Source of the DNA: Lama glama
Lineage: Eukaryota
NCBI GenBank assembly: GCA_028534125.1
Contig: CM052817.1
Coordinates: 67,396,001 to 67,460,000 of the forward strand
Length of the DNA stretch: 64,000 nucleotides
Direction of reading: 5' to 3'
Positions 25,389 through 38,485 of this stretch are shown here, one piece after another (within the stretch, counting starts at the first letter, position 1; every line of letters starts with the position of its first letter). Both the position numbers and the translations under genes were made by a program. The notes below the pieces were generated by a model that saw only the letters and a program-made list of their open reading frames with translations, did no database searches and was not told where the DNA came from.

Positions 25389-26087
25389 ACCCTGCCTATC
25401 GACAAGGCAATACGTGAAACTATCTGAACAGGAGCCTCACATAAGAAGAAATCCACACTGATAAATATTTTGACTATATAAACAGAAGGAATTAGGATAA
25501 TCAAGGCATCTTCAACAGTGGGCTCTAGTGAATAAAAATAGCCAGGAAAAGGGCTAGACAGACATGTAAATCTCATTACAGCACAGTTTAGTGAGTATTA
25601 GCATTCCTATTAGACTCTGTGAAACCTGAGGTCTGGAAATGTTTTAAATAACTTGTCCAAAGAATCATAACCAATAATTACGCTCACCCCAGAACATGCT
25701 ATTTTGGAATTCCCTCAGACAGTTGCTTTTAGATGGGGTTTATCCTATTGCAATAAAGTAACTTTTATGGCCTTCCATGGAGACAAGCAAAACAGAATAG
25801 GAAGATAATTCGGGGAGAGGCAAAAGGGAGAGTTGAGTTTGAATTTCTTATCTCATGTGGTTGAGTCCTTGGGTTGAGCTAACCCACAGAGTAATTTGGT
25901 TATTTACTTAATGCACTGAGTGACCTACAATCGTCATAATTTTCTAGGGAAAGTGTGGGGAGAGCCATAACTTAGTGACTTAGTGCTACTGAACACGCTG
26001 ATTTGTGATCTGGAATTAATCAGCATTGAAAATGAAGCAGCACCAAGCTGCTGAATTCATACATTGATTATTGCAAGAAACATTTTC

Positions 26088-26286
26088 TTTTTTAATTATT
26101 ATTGTTTTTGTATTGAAGTATAGTCAATTTACAATGCTGCATCAATTTCTGGTGTACAGCATAATGTTTCAGTCATCCATATACATACATATATTCCTTT
26201 TCAAATTCCTTTCATTATGGGTTACTACAAGATATTGAATATAGTTCCCTGTGATATAAAGTAGAAACTTGTTGTTTATTTTATAT
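26088..26286 (-). mobile_element. Young L1 3' end (about 200 bp)
   Basis: tattgaagtatagtcaatttacaatg...atagttccctgtg; imperfect TSD aagaaacattttc (26075-26087) and aagaaatatttcc (26287-26299). Confidence 0.9.
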
Positions 26287-27179
26287 AAGAAATATTTCCA
26301 AGTGCCTAGGCTATATTACTCACTGTGGTAGATGCCAAGAACACAAGAAAGAAGAATAAATACTAACTATGAATTGAATACGTACTTTAAGCCAAGTGCT
26401 TTTACGTTTATTATCAAATATCATCTTTACTGTGATACTTCATGGTAAGCGATACTATCAACAAGTTTTATTTCCACTCTTTGATCTTTCCCACGTGTAC
26501 ACAGCTGGTTTGAAGAAGTTCTAACTTGGAGTTACAGCAGTCTGACTCTACAGATTGTCCTCTTCCTGTTGTGATATCCACACCCTCCCTGGCTTTTGGA
26601 AAGAGTAAAATGTTTATGATCAAGTAGGTGACATTTTAGCAGGGAGCGAAACAAGTAAACAGTTATAAAACAATGAAGAAAATGCTATTGCTCTAGGTTT
26701 ATTTTAATGCGTTACTCGTTATGTTTATTATGTTTATACCATAGCTGATTCAATAGTCCACAGCTTTGCACACAGGCTTTCTTTCTTGGCCATATCCCAA
26801 GGCCACTTTTTATAATGTGTAGAAAGCACATGTTCAAGAAATGTGTTTACCAAAGTAGCCATGTCCCATGGGTGAAAGAAGGATGATGGGGTCATCTCTG
26901 ACACCTGCAGCTCATGTAAATTTGAAGGAGATCGAAACGTTTACAGCTATCTTTAAAATGTGGCAGTAGTTATCATATATTTTGTGAATATATGTATGTG
27001 GATTTGTATCTGTGAACAAAGAACCCAGGATAACCTGAAATCTGAAATTTGTAAGACTTAAAAATAAAAAATACTTGTATTTTAGTAATGCATTTTATGC
27101 TATCTTAATGTCCAACTTTTATTCACATTTTAAAAAATGTTTGATCTTTCTACTAGGAGAAATTGCAAAATGAATTCAA

Positions 27180-27430
27180 TAATAACAACTAGCACTTATA
27201 TAGTTCTTACTATATGTGAAGTAGTGAAAAATGTGCTTTTCAAGTGTTTTATACATATTGTCTCATTTACTACATAACACTTTTGAGGAAACTCGTATGA
27301 TTACTCCTTATTTACAGAGGAAGAAAGAAGCTAAACAACTTGCCTGAAGTCACACAGATTCTAAGTGGCAGAACTCCAACTGAAGTCCTTCAGCGCGCGC
27401 TTCTGCTCCTCACCCTGTGGCCGCACTGCC
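27180..27430 (-). mobile_element. MIR SINE
   Basis: taacaactagcacttatatagttcttactatatgtg...caacttgcctgaagtcacacag...taagtggcagaact. Confidence 0.8.
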
Positions 27431-27824
27431 TCTCCAGGGGGCCGGAAGCGCGAGCTGTGTAGAGCGCTGTGGGGGCTAGGTCACCTCTCTCGATGACTCG
27501 GAATCTAACTGGAGAGCTACAATGCACCACCATCTAAATTTATATCTGTGTTCAATTAATTTTAAGGAAGTACCTACCATATAACAGATACTGAATTATC
27601 ACTGTTAATGGAATAAGTGAGAAAGATCAGAGAAAGGGAAGGGGGGCAGGTTAATTTTTATTGCCCATATATGTTAAACACAGAAACCATTTTGATTCAT
27701 ACAAATTGCATGACAGTCTAATGAAACATTATGAGTACCCCCATTTTACAGATGGAGGTGAAGGAACATGTCCAAACCCATGTAGTCAGGAGGTGAGTGA
27801 AGTAAGGCAGCTGTACTCGAAGTC

Positions 27825-27985
27825 TATTCCATGGACAAGCAGCATGAGCATCACCTGGGAGCTTGTTTAAAAATGCAAATTCCAAGGCCCAACCCAGACC
27901 TGCAGAATCAGACCCTTGGGACTTATGTTCAGAAATTTGTGTTTCAATCAGCTTTCTAGGTGATTCTAAACGCACCTTCACCTTG
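27825..27985 (+). mobile_element. MER5A-like hAT-Charlie MITE, next to a MIR fragment at about 27660-27820
   Basis: gcagcatgagcatcacctgggagcttgtt...aatgcaaattcc..ggccc..cccagacct.cagaatcaga...ggtgattct. Confidence 0.85.
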
Positions 27986-28284
27986 AAGTCTGAAGAGCAC
28001 CTGGCTAAGGTCTGTGTTGATTGTGAGATCTATGCGAGGGCAAACCTCACATCTTTGCCACTGCAGCATGCTGGGACCTGGACTAGTTGAGAGAGTTTTA
28101 TGAAGGAAATAAAGATAAGAGCTGTTCTTTGAAGGATTCGTGAAATATGGGTCAGTAGAAAGGAAAGAGGAGGCATTACAGGAGGGGCCGTTTACTGGGC
28201 ATGTCACTCATGATGGCTGTCCTGTTCATCTCCCCCTAGCTTTAAATGTTGCACCCCAAAGTCTTATTAAAATTACTTATTGGA

Positions 28285-28442
28285 GGGGGAGGGTATAGCT
28301 CAAGTGGTAGAGCACATGCTTAGCATGCATGAGGTTCTGGGTTCAATCCCTAGTACCTCCTCTAAAAATAAATAAACCTAATTACCTCCCCCCTTGCCAA
28401 AATAAACTAATAATACAATAATAAATAAATAAATAATTTTAA
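28285..28442 (+). mobile_element. tRNA-derived SINE (camelid Vic-1-like)
   Basis: ggggagggtatagctcaagtggtagagc (A box)...gggttcaatccc (B box), A-rich tail; TSD aaaattacttattgga (28269-28284) and aaagttacttattgga (28443-28458). Confidence 0.92.
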
Positions 28443-31319
28443 AAAGTTACTTATTGGACTAAGGGCAGGTACTCGATACAAAAGTGGGATCGACAATCTT
28501 GTCAGTAACCCATGGACAGACTTTGCATGAAGCGTTCTGCCAGCAATTAATTAACACTGGTAATTAACTAAGCCAACTATTTGGATTCGGACTACGGACT
28601 ATGGAGGGGGAACCGTCAGTGGGTAGCAAGAACTATTGAACTGATATACAGGGAAAGGCAGTACAACATAAGAAAAACATAAAGACAAGCTTTCTTTAGA
28701 TCTTTTATCCAGTATTTTTTTTTTTGGCCAATTTTCATTTATGAGTATCCTTAAATTCCTTTTTTAGGTACCCTGAGTAAATATAATCTAAGACAAACCC
28801 TAATCCTTTATGTAACATAAGAAAAAGGCAAGGAGACTTGAGGAGCAAGGCATTTGGATGGTCAGCTGTGGAGCCCAATCTGAATGGGTGGAGGTCTTTT
28901 AGTTGGGAAGTAACAGGACACAGGGCTGGTAAGTCACTTCCCTAATCCCCTCCCTAAATTCCACTTCTCTTCTTGTGATCCTCACACAAACACACACCCA
29001 CACCACCATGCACCAACAGCACCACGCCAGGAGCATTAAAACCTTATAGTGCCAACTTCTTTCTAGCAAATTGCTTATCCCTAGAAGCAAAGGCACTTCT
29101 TCCCCTACAGAGGCCAACTTGTCCCAAGACAGTCAAACACTTGCTTCTCTTGCTCTTCAGATGCTGGGAAGTTGATGTCTTTGACCACACAGAGCAGCGC
29201 TGCCCTAGATATCAGGCTGCCTTGAAAAGCCTGTCTCAGCTCCTTTTCTTTGCCACTTTCCTATTTTACTGTCTCCCTTCACGCCAGCACAATGCACAGA
29301 GATAAAAACCATTCATGCCCAAGTATCTAAACATGGTAATAATGATATTCATAGTAAATATCACCTTTCTACAAGGTTGTTTAGAGGGTATAATGCCATT
29401 ATGTGTGTGAATACAATTTGTAAATTGTTAAGTAGGTCTAGATTTTAATGGTCGTAATAAGATTATTTTTATTCATGGCTCCATTAGTTTTTAAAATTTC
29501 AAGTTGTGCTGGATTTGCATAGCTAGTAAAAGGGTTTGGACTTTACTTTCCAGTATCCTTAAAGATTTAAAGCAAGGTAGAGACAGGTTAGAAGCTGAGT
29601 GCTAGCAATAAGTTATATAGTCGTGATGCAGTGACTGGAGAGAGAAAGTTCTGAGACTGAAGAGCTAATGTAGGGTCTTACTATCCTGTACACAGGCATT
29701 TGGCCAAAAGGCTGCGTAGTGGTCATGGAAATGGAAAGGGAGGGATAGTCTGATGAGGCATTTAGGCTGTGAAAACCATTAGTTTTTCGTGACTGATTGG
29801 TAAAGAAGAAAAAGAGTCAAAGATGCTATATGGTAAACTGAATTACTCTGAATTTTATCTCATGTCTAAGCTAAACTCTAGGTTTCCTTTGTCGGTGGGT
29901 ATCCTCCTACAGGATCTTTATAACGTTCTTTTATTATTTTCAATGCATACTTTTGGATCCCTGGACACTTTTATTACTGCATAGGCCTTGTTTTCTACAG
30001 TTTAGATCTGAATCGCTTTTTCACGATGAGGTCTTGATACGGTGCTGAGATACAGGGTCTTACTTTGTCTTTGAGGCCTCATTGAAGGTGACCCCTTAGC
30101 CAGACTCTCTGTGGAGGAACTGGGAAAGGAAATAAAACCAGCTGATCTCATCCTCCATCCTCTGCTTTCCAGTTTTTTAGTTCTACTATATTCCCCTCCA
30201 TCTCAGCCTGTTAAAATTAGTGGTTCAAACATACAGCATCATGGGCAGCTACAGAGCTAGCACTGCAGTCCAGGCCTGAGAAAAAACTTAACCGATGTTT
30301 TCAGTGGAAAGAACGAATCATGTCTCGTAACCACTCTGTGTGTATGTGTGTGTGAGACACCACAGTTTTATTCAACATAAATATTTGGGCTCCTTTTTCT
30401 CAAATGGAAGCATACAGAATTTCTATAATTCTGAGTGACAGCAGTTATCAGTTTATCTTAAAATACACTATATTTTCTATAAATGTTCTCTCTTTTCTAA
30501 AGTTAGCAATTTAGCTTCATCCTGCTTTATTCCTTTCTTTAGGAAGGGATGGTGTTAAATGTCATCAAGTAAAATCAGGGGATTTATGCTGAGGTCCCCA
30601 CATCGGTCAATTTGCATTTTGTAAGAACACCCTAAGTGGATATCGACTTCTTCTCTTAAAAAGTTAGATGGATCCATTTCAGTTGTGCATGGCCAGCTTC
30701 ATGCTCTAACGTGGCCAGATTGCCATAGCTCTAATGTGAGACACAGGTTTCTGGTGATAATACACACCAACGCTTTTCCAGCATTGGCTGAGAACAGAGC
30801 TCTAAAGAATCTGACTTGAGTCACGAGTAATGAAACATAAATGTGTGACCCCCAAACAGATGGATGAATCCTGCTAATGCTTTAATGTATTCAATGCTTT
30901 CTCAACTTAGACATATTTCCAGATAACATGACTAACTTTCTATATAATCCTTTAGTTGTATGATAAAAGGAAAAATTGCCCTGGGGGTCAAAAATCAAAA
31001 CATGCTATCACAAATAGCAACATTTGTTCTCCAAAATGTATAACTTGATTGCTTTCATATAGTTTAAAATGTCTCAAAATTAAATGTGCCTGATTTGTAT
31101 AAAACTATTATCAATATTAGAGTTTCAGATATCATAAATTAAAACTGGAGACACAAGCGTATCTAATTAATACTTATGTCATGACAGTATATGTGGAAAT
31201 GCTGAGCAGTCACAATTTTTAAGAAATGTGTTTTCTTTATACACTATTGTTTTCTGATTATTTCAGGTGAGATCAACTAGCCATGATTTATATTATGTGG
31301 ATCTGATTATTTGTGTTTC

Positions 31320-31760
31320 CATCAAGGTTCCAGCACTGAATTGGGATGACCATATAAAGGACAGGGTATAGGGAAATCACAAGCCAGAAGGTCATCCCTG
31401 AGTCCGAGAATGACGTTACCTCCCTGGGGACCTGAGGAGAGGTAGCTCTTACAGGAACTTAGTAGGAACAGGCAGGTCAGGCAAGGAGCACTGCCAAGAG
31501 AGGACCCGTGACTTCTTCACATAGGAAAGTTGCCATGGTGACCCTGAATGGAAGGATCCAGAAGAATAACTACCCTGATTTCAGTCTCCTCCCCATCCCT
31601 GATCTCCTGCCAGGGCTCCTTACTGGCAGACCACCACCAGAAGCCAGAGGGCTGAGGACCACACAAGGTAATCCATATAGGTTAACTCTTAGGGCAGAGA
31701 GCAACATGGATAAAGGCGGATAGTTTATCTAGTTGGGCAAACAGATTTACTGCACAGTGC
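31320..31760 (-). mobile_element. ERVL solo LTR (LTR33-like)
   Basis: ctgatctcctgccagggctcc...ccagaagccagaggg...gtaatccatataggttaactc is antisense to the LTR33 consensus as recalled. Confidence 0.7.
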
Positions 31761-31799
31761 AGTGAAAGAAATAATGATAAATTATACCTATTTCATGCC

Positions 31800-34115
31800 T
31801 CATTTTATTTTCTCAGCTTTATTGAGATATACTTGACATACAACATTGTGTAAGTTTAAGGTGTGCAATGTGATGATTTGATACATATATTGCAAAATGA
31901 TTACTACAGTAGGGTTTGTTAACACCTCCATCCCCTCACATAATTTCCATTTCTTTTTTGTGGTAAGACCGTTTAAAATCCACTCTATTAGCAACTTTCA
32001 TGTATGTAACATAACATTGTTAACTAGTCGCCATGCTATACATGCGATCCTCAGAACTTATTCTTACAATTGGAAGTTTGTCCAACATCTCTCCATTTCC
32101 CCCACGCCCTGCCCTTGGCAACCACCATTCTAGCCTATGTTTCTGAGTTAACCTTTAAAAAATTCAACCTATAAGTGAGATCATATGGTATTTTCTTTCT
32201 CTGACTTATTTCACTTAGCATAATGCCTTCAAGGTCCATTCACATGTCAGGGTTTCCTTTATTCTCGTGGCCAAACAATATTACATTGTATACACATACC
32301 TAATCTTTTTTAACTGTTCATCTGTTGACAGCCACTTAGGTTGTTTCCATATGTTGGATATTGCAAATAATGCTGCAGTGAATACAAGAATACAGATATC
32401 TCTTCAAGACACTGACTTCATTTCATATGCCAAAGTATATATCCAAGTAGTAGGATTGCTGGATCACATGGTAGTTCTACTTCTAATTTTTTGCGGACCT
32501 CCATAGTGTTTTCCATTATGGCTGTACCGATTTACCCTCCCACCAACAATGCATATGATCTCCCTTTCCCCTACAGCCTTGCCAACATTTGTTACCTCTT
32601 GTCTTTTTGGTAATAACAGTTCTAACAGGTATGAAGTAATATGGATTTGCATTTCCCTGATGATTAATGATGTTAAGTATGTTTTCATGTGCCTATTGGA
32701 CATTTGTATGTCATCTTTAGAAAAACGTCTATCCAGTTCCTCTGTCCGTTTTTTAATCAGTTTTGTTTTGTTTTGTTTTGTTTTGTTTGCTATTGAGTTA
32801 TATGAGTTCCTAATAGTTTGGATATTAACCACTTATCACATATCTGATTTACAGATCTTTTTCTCCCATTCCATAGGTTGCCTTTTCATTGTGGTGATTG
32901 TTTCCTTCACTGTGAAGGAGCTTTTAAGTTTGATGTAGTCATGTTTGTTTATGCTTTTGTTGCTTGCACTTTTGATGTTATATACAACGTATTGTTGCCA
33001 GGACTAATGTCAAGGAGCATTTTCCCTTTCTTCTAGGAGTTTTATGGTTTCAGGTTTTATGTTTAAGTCTTTAATCTATTTTGAGTTAATTTTTGTGAGT
33101 AATGTAAGATAGAGATCCAATTTCATTGGATCCAATCAATCTGCATATGATTATTGAGTTTTTGCAAAATCATTTATTGAAGAGACTATCCTCTCTCCAT
33201 TGGGTATTCTTGGCCCCCTTGTCAAATATTAATTGACTATGTATGTGAGGATTTATTTCTGGGCTCTTAATTCTGTTCCATTGGTCTATGCATCCATTTT
33301 TATGCTAGAACCATACTGTTTTGATTACTACAGATTTGTAGTAGTTTGAAATCAAGAAGTGTGAGGCCTCCACGATTGTTCTTTCTCATGATTGCTTTGG
33401 TTATACAGGCTCTTTTGTGGTTCCATATAAATTTAGGGATTTTTATTTTTATCTGTGAAAAATGAATTTGATTTTGATAAAGATTGCTTTGAATCTATAG
33501 ATGGCTTTGGGTAGAATGGATATTTTAACTATATTAAGTCTTCCAATCCATGAACAACATTTTATCTTTTCATATGTTTGTGTTTTCTTTAATTTCTTTA
33601 ATCAAAATTTTAGTTTTCAGTGTACAGGTCTTTTATCTTCTTGGCTAAATTTATTCTTAAATATTTTATTGTTTTTGATGCTATTGTGAATGAGATTTTC
33701 TTTATATCTTTTTCAGATAGTTCACTGTTAGTTTACAAAAATGCAACTGATTTCTTATGATAATTATTATCCTGTAATTAGTTATAACAGGTTTTTTTTT
33801 TTAACAGAGTCTTTAGGATTTTCTATCTATAAGGTCATATCGCCCACAAACAGACAATTTTACTTCTTTTTGATTTGGATGCCTTTCTCTTATTTTTCTT
33901 GCCTGATTATTCTGGCTAGGATTTCCATTACAATGTTGAATAGCAGTGGTGAGAGAAGGGGCTCTTGTCCTATTGCTGATTTTAGAAAAAAAGCTTTAAC
34001 CCTTCACTGATGATGTTAGTTGTCAGTTTGTCATATATGGCCTTTTTTATGTTGAAGTATGTTCCTTTTATACTCAATCTGTTGAGTTTTCATCATGAAA
34101 AGATGTGCATTTTTT
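31800..34115 (-). mobile_element. L1 (L1MA/MB-type) 3' UTR plus ORF2 3' part, decayed
   Basis: Begins cagctttattgagatatacttgacatacaacattgtgtaagtttaaggtg; minus-strand peptide [32 protein letters not shown] is L1 ORF2. Confidence 0.95.
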
Positions 34116-34213
34116 AAAATACTAGCCAGAACAATCAGGCAAGAAAAAGAAATGAAAGGCACCCAAATCAAAAGGAAGAAGTAAAACTGTCTTTGCAGAC
34201 AATATGATCTTTT
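34116..34213 (+). mobile_element. Inverted L1 ORF2 fragment
   Basis: ctagccagaacaatcaggcaagaaaaagaaatgaaaggcacccaaatc reads LARTIRQEKEMKGTQI, a sense-strand L1 RT segment. Confidence 0.85.
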
Positions 34214-34214
34214 A

Positions 34215-34540
34215 TAATGTGTATTCATTAACAAGTTACTGTAGCTATATAACAGTATGATAGGATTCTGGTTTTGACTGTATATTTACTTTTATCATGT
34301 GATGTATATTTTCATATGTCTTCATGTTACTCATTAGCATCCTTTCATTTCAGCTTGAAAAAAATCCTTCCATTATTTCTTGTAAGGCATTTCTAGTAGT
34401 GATGAACTACCTCAGCTTCTGTCTGGAAAGTCTTTATCTCTCCTTCATCTCTGAAGGACAAGTTTGCTAGATAGAGTGCTCTTGGTTGGTAGTTTTTCTT
34501 TTTCTTTCAGCACTTTGAATTTATCACTCCACTCTCTTTT
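34215..34540 (-). mobile_element. L1 ORF1 3' end and inter-ORF fragment
   Basis: ttagcatcctttcatttcagcttgaa...tcttgtaaggc...ctagtagtgatgaact..ctcagc...tctttcagcactttgaat is the antisense of the L1M ORF1 C-terminus. Confidence 0.85.
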
Positions 34541-34816
34541 CTCACACAGGAAAAAAATATCTTTCATTTCCATTCATTCAGAATGCTTTCTAGAAGACAG
34601 TGTCTTCTTAACCACTGGATATTGTTGGTCCACTTCATTCTAGATCTCTGTAGCACAAAACACTGCAAACTAAGGTCATCTGAATATGAGAAAGGGTTTA
34701 ACAAGGTTAGGATGAACAGGGCAGGAGTCAGAAACTAAAATGGGCAGTCTCACTGGCAAGCAGGTGGCTGCACTAGTAGACATACTCTCTCCTCCTTTGT
34801 GAGTGCCAATACAGCA

Positions 34817-37379
34817 TGTATCAGTTACATTCTGCCACACTAATGCTGTTAAACAAAGCATTCCAAAATTCAGTGGCTTAAAACACAATAATCTGTTCTT
34901 TCTCAAAGAGCTGCAGGTAGGCTGGGGATCAGCTAATCTAGATCAGACCCAACTAAATGGCTCTGCTTCAATCTGTATGTCTGGTTGGACTTGGTTCGCT
35001 TAGTTCATTCTGGCTGAAGAGGCTGCAGGGATGCTCTTTTCATGGAGATGGCAGATATACAAAGAGGACTAGTACAAAAATAATAATGCCACTTCAGGTC
35101 TAGGCTCAGAGTAGGCACACTGGACAATGCTTGCTCCACAAGAAATTGAACAGTGCAAGACACATGGCTAAGGTCAGAAACAAGGCATAGGAAAGAATTA
35201 TCATGCTCCAGATAAGGTCATGGCAAGAATAGGGATGTGGAAAGGGATAAGAAATTGGAGATAAAGTTTCAGTCTACTACAATCTACCCTGCTCTGACCA
35301 CAATTATTCATTTGCAAAACATCCCCCGTATAAAAACAAATCAAAACAAAAAAACCAGAAACAAACAAAAATCTCACCCTCTTCTCAGAATCATTAAAAG
35401 TCTCATGCCATGTGACATAAGGCTCAACATCCAGGATCTTGCCATCAGCAGCAGTCCAGATGAGGCCTTTTTTGATCTGGGAACTTATCAACTAAAATGG
35501 CAAGTTACTTCCCCCAAACACAACAGACACGACTGGAAGAGTGAAAGAATAATTGCAATAAACACTCTTATTTGAAAGGGGAAGAGGGAAGAATGAAATG
35601 CAGGCTTATAGTAGGCATTGGACTATAAACATTTTGAAATCCCACTGGGAGAATGCTGCCAGGCACCCCTTTTTTGGAGATAGGGAGTGGTCTTAGATAA
35701 GATCCTAATTCTGCTTCCAGAGGATGGTTCCCCAATCACTCACTCTCCGGGTTTGCTGTTCTGCCTTCTTGAATGGCCTTTCTCCTCAGTTATCCTTTTT
35801 GGCCATTTCTGAAAAGAACTTTGTCTCAAGTGCCCTTTATGGAAACCGAACAACTCTCTCAGACTGTTCCCTGCTGTAGACAGTTGGGAGCCCAGAGATC
35901 TTCCAACATTTCCAGCAGGTCCAGCTCTCTCAGTCCTGGATTTCAGTACTTTGCCAACCAAATCTCTTAAAAATGTCGTGCATTTTCTCTATTTTTTTTC
36001 AATATATTTCATGGGCCCAAAAACACAGACACAAATTTGTTAAATGTCCACTTTTCCCCCTACTTGTAATCTTGGACCCATGAGGCTTCTGTGGGACTAT
36101 GCCAGTAGATTTTCTTACTGTGACTATCTTCCTATGTAGCAAATGCTTTATTTTGTGATTTAAAAAAAAAAATTGCTCCTGAGGTTCAAAACCCAAAGTA
36201 TCTACCAACAATAAAATGTTACTCTTCTAGAAATATATAACCTGATTCTTCTGTATAATTTGAAATAAATAATTATGTTAAAAATTAAGCTTGCCAGATT
36301 TATATAAAATTGTCAGTGTTTTTACATGTTATTGATAAACAGCTGAAAAAAAACAACAGGCTCTTTTTCCAGAAAACCTTCCTAAAGATGCCCTTTTTTA
36401 GAGCTGGAAGAGATCTTAATACTTTCCAAGATCTTAACAAAAGGTCTGAAGGCCAAACTTTGATTTGTTCTATGTCCCAGGCAGTATGCTAATATTGATT
36501 TAATTTTGCTCCCACTCTGTATCTTAATCTGAAAATCTTTTACTGACCGGAAAACTGACGAGGAGGAATGGTTTAACTTTCAAAGCCCACAATTTCTGGA
36601 TTTATAACATTCTGCTTACAAACTGGTAAATTCTTTTCCAATCTCTTTTAAAAATAGATTATATACAGCTCACCCTTTTTATAGTTTGCTTAGAAATCAT
36701 CTTGCCCAAGTCTACAGTTTGGTGAGGTCCATTTTTATCATCCAAGTTGTATGAAGTGGAAGTCTCAATGTTTTGCCTCTTTGCCACATGAGTCATTATT
36801 TTTCCAGGTATTTTTCAATTCCTTGCCATTTTCCCAGTCTTCACCCACCACTCAGTCTCAAATCCAATGGCTTGTACTTCATTTGTTTTACTTCCATCTG
36901 CACCCCACTTCCAGTACCAAGTTTGTATCAGTTAATTATTGCTACAGTGTTGTTGCTGAACAAACAACTTCAGCTCAGAAGCTCAAAACAAGATAATCAT
37001 TTATTCTCAGAGATGTGAGGTAAGGCATGGCCTGGTGGCTCCTGCATTGAGCTGTAGGTCCAGGTAATCCTGATCGTCATTCAGGTCTACTCCACGTGTG
37101 ATCACCCCAGGGCTCTGGCTGAAGGAATAACAGCTGCACAGGGAAGCTTTTCTCTGATGGTGGCAGAGGTCCGAAGAGAATGGTGGAAACACTTGAGGCC
37201 CCTACAGCCTACTCTTGGAACTGGCACTGTGTTATTCCTTCCCCTACCTGCCATTGATCAAGGAAGTCCCTTAGCTAAGCCTAAAGTCCAGTAACAAAGA
37301 AATATATACCACCCTTGATGAGGCCATGGCAGAATACCCATGCAGGGAAGGATTGGGGTCAATAATTTAAAATACCACA
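34817..37379 (-). mobile_element. ERVL-MaLR element with two LTRs (MLT1H-like) and internal region
   Basis: LTRs at 34817-35281 and 36924-37379 both begin tgtatcagtta and end in ...aca; cacttccagtaccaa beside the right LTR is the antisense MLT-int start. Confidence 0.8.
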
Positions 37380-38229
37380 CTTTGAGAGTCCCAAATAGTC
37401 CTGTCTTCCACCAAAAATTTATAAGCAGGGCCAGCACAAAGAATATCTGCTTCTTTATTGCTAAATCCTTAATACTAGAATTATAATCAGCTGGTGCCTC
37501 ATTATTCTATAACTTCTAGTTTGTCACTGGTAAAAAAAAAAAGTACATGTTGTTGTCAGTTCACTCTAAAAACACCTTATGTTACCTACCTGTTTCGGTG
37601 CTGGAAACTCTTATGTGAATGAACAAAATGCTAAGACTCATGATGAAGGTTATCATCTCCTTTCTTCTCATTGTCATAGTATTAGAACTGCCACTTGGTC
37701 CTCAAAATGCTCATCTTATCTGCTATCACTTAGAAGTTTGTACTAAGTCTCACATTATCCTTCATAAATGCCCACAAATTGTGAGAGGATGAAGCGCTCT
37801 ATTCCTGTTGCTCTGGAAATTTCCACCAGCCTTGATCCGAGAACCATTTAGGCCATTCACTGGGTTGACAATCTTAGTTGAACAGCCTATGGAACCAATT
37901 TTATCTTTGTTCCCATTGTTATTTGCTGATTTTTACTCTGCCATCTAACATCAAAATCCAGCAACTCACTAAGAACAATTCAAGGCATCCTAATTTGGAG
38001 CATCATTTAATGATGTACTCTATTGTACTTATTCAGGGTACAATGATCTACATTTATCTATATTTTGGTCTATATGTTTACATTACCCACAACAGTGTTG
38101 CCAAAGGTTTACCCAACTTGAAAATTTTGCCATTAACTAGTAGCTCTTTTCTAGTTTAATTCTGTCACTGTGTGTTTTGTTACATTATTCAAGTTACCTA
38201 ATTCCTTGGCCTTGGAAGGGCAATTCATA

Positions 38230-38485
38230 TAAGATTAAAACACTTAGAATAGACTTAACAAAAGATGTGTAGATCCTCTATACTTAAATATAAAAATGAA
38301 TTGTTGTGTGAAAGTAAAGAAGATGGAAACAAATGGAGAAATACGGCAAATTTACAGACCGAAAAAATCAATATTTTTAAGCTGTCAGCTCTTCCCAGAT
38401 GGATCAATCTATTTAGTATAATCCCAATAACCATTCTAGCAGGTTTTTGTGGAAAATGCCAAACGGATTCAGAGTGTGATGCTAA
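38230..38485 (+). mobile_element. Old L1 ORF2 fragment
   Basis: acttagaatagacttaacaaaagatgtgtagatcctcta...aatcccaataaccattctagcagg; peptide KINIFKLSALPRWINLFSIIPI resembles L1 [22 protein letters not shown]. Confidence 0.75.

Noticed and set aside
28285..28360. Apparent tRNA gene (A and B boxes)
   Set aside because: Followed by a SINE body, A-rich tail and TSD, with related copies elsewhere in the window: a SINE, not a tRNA.
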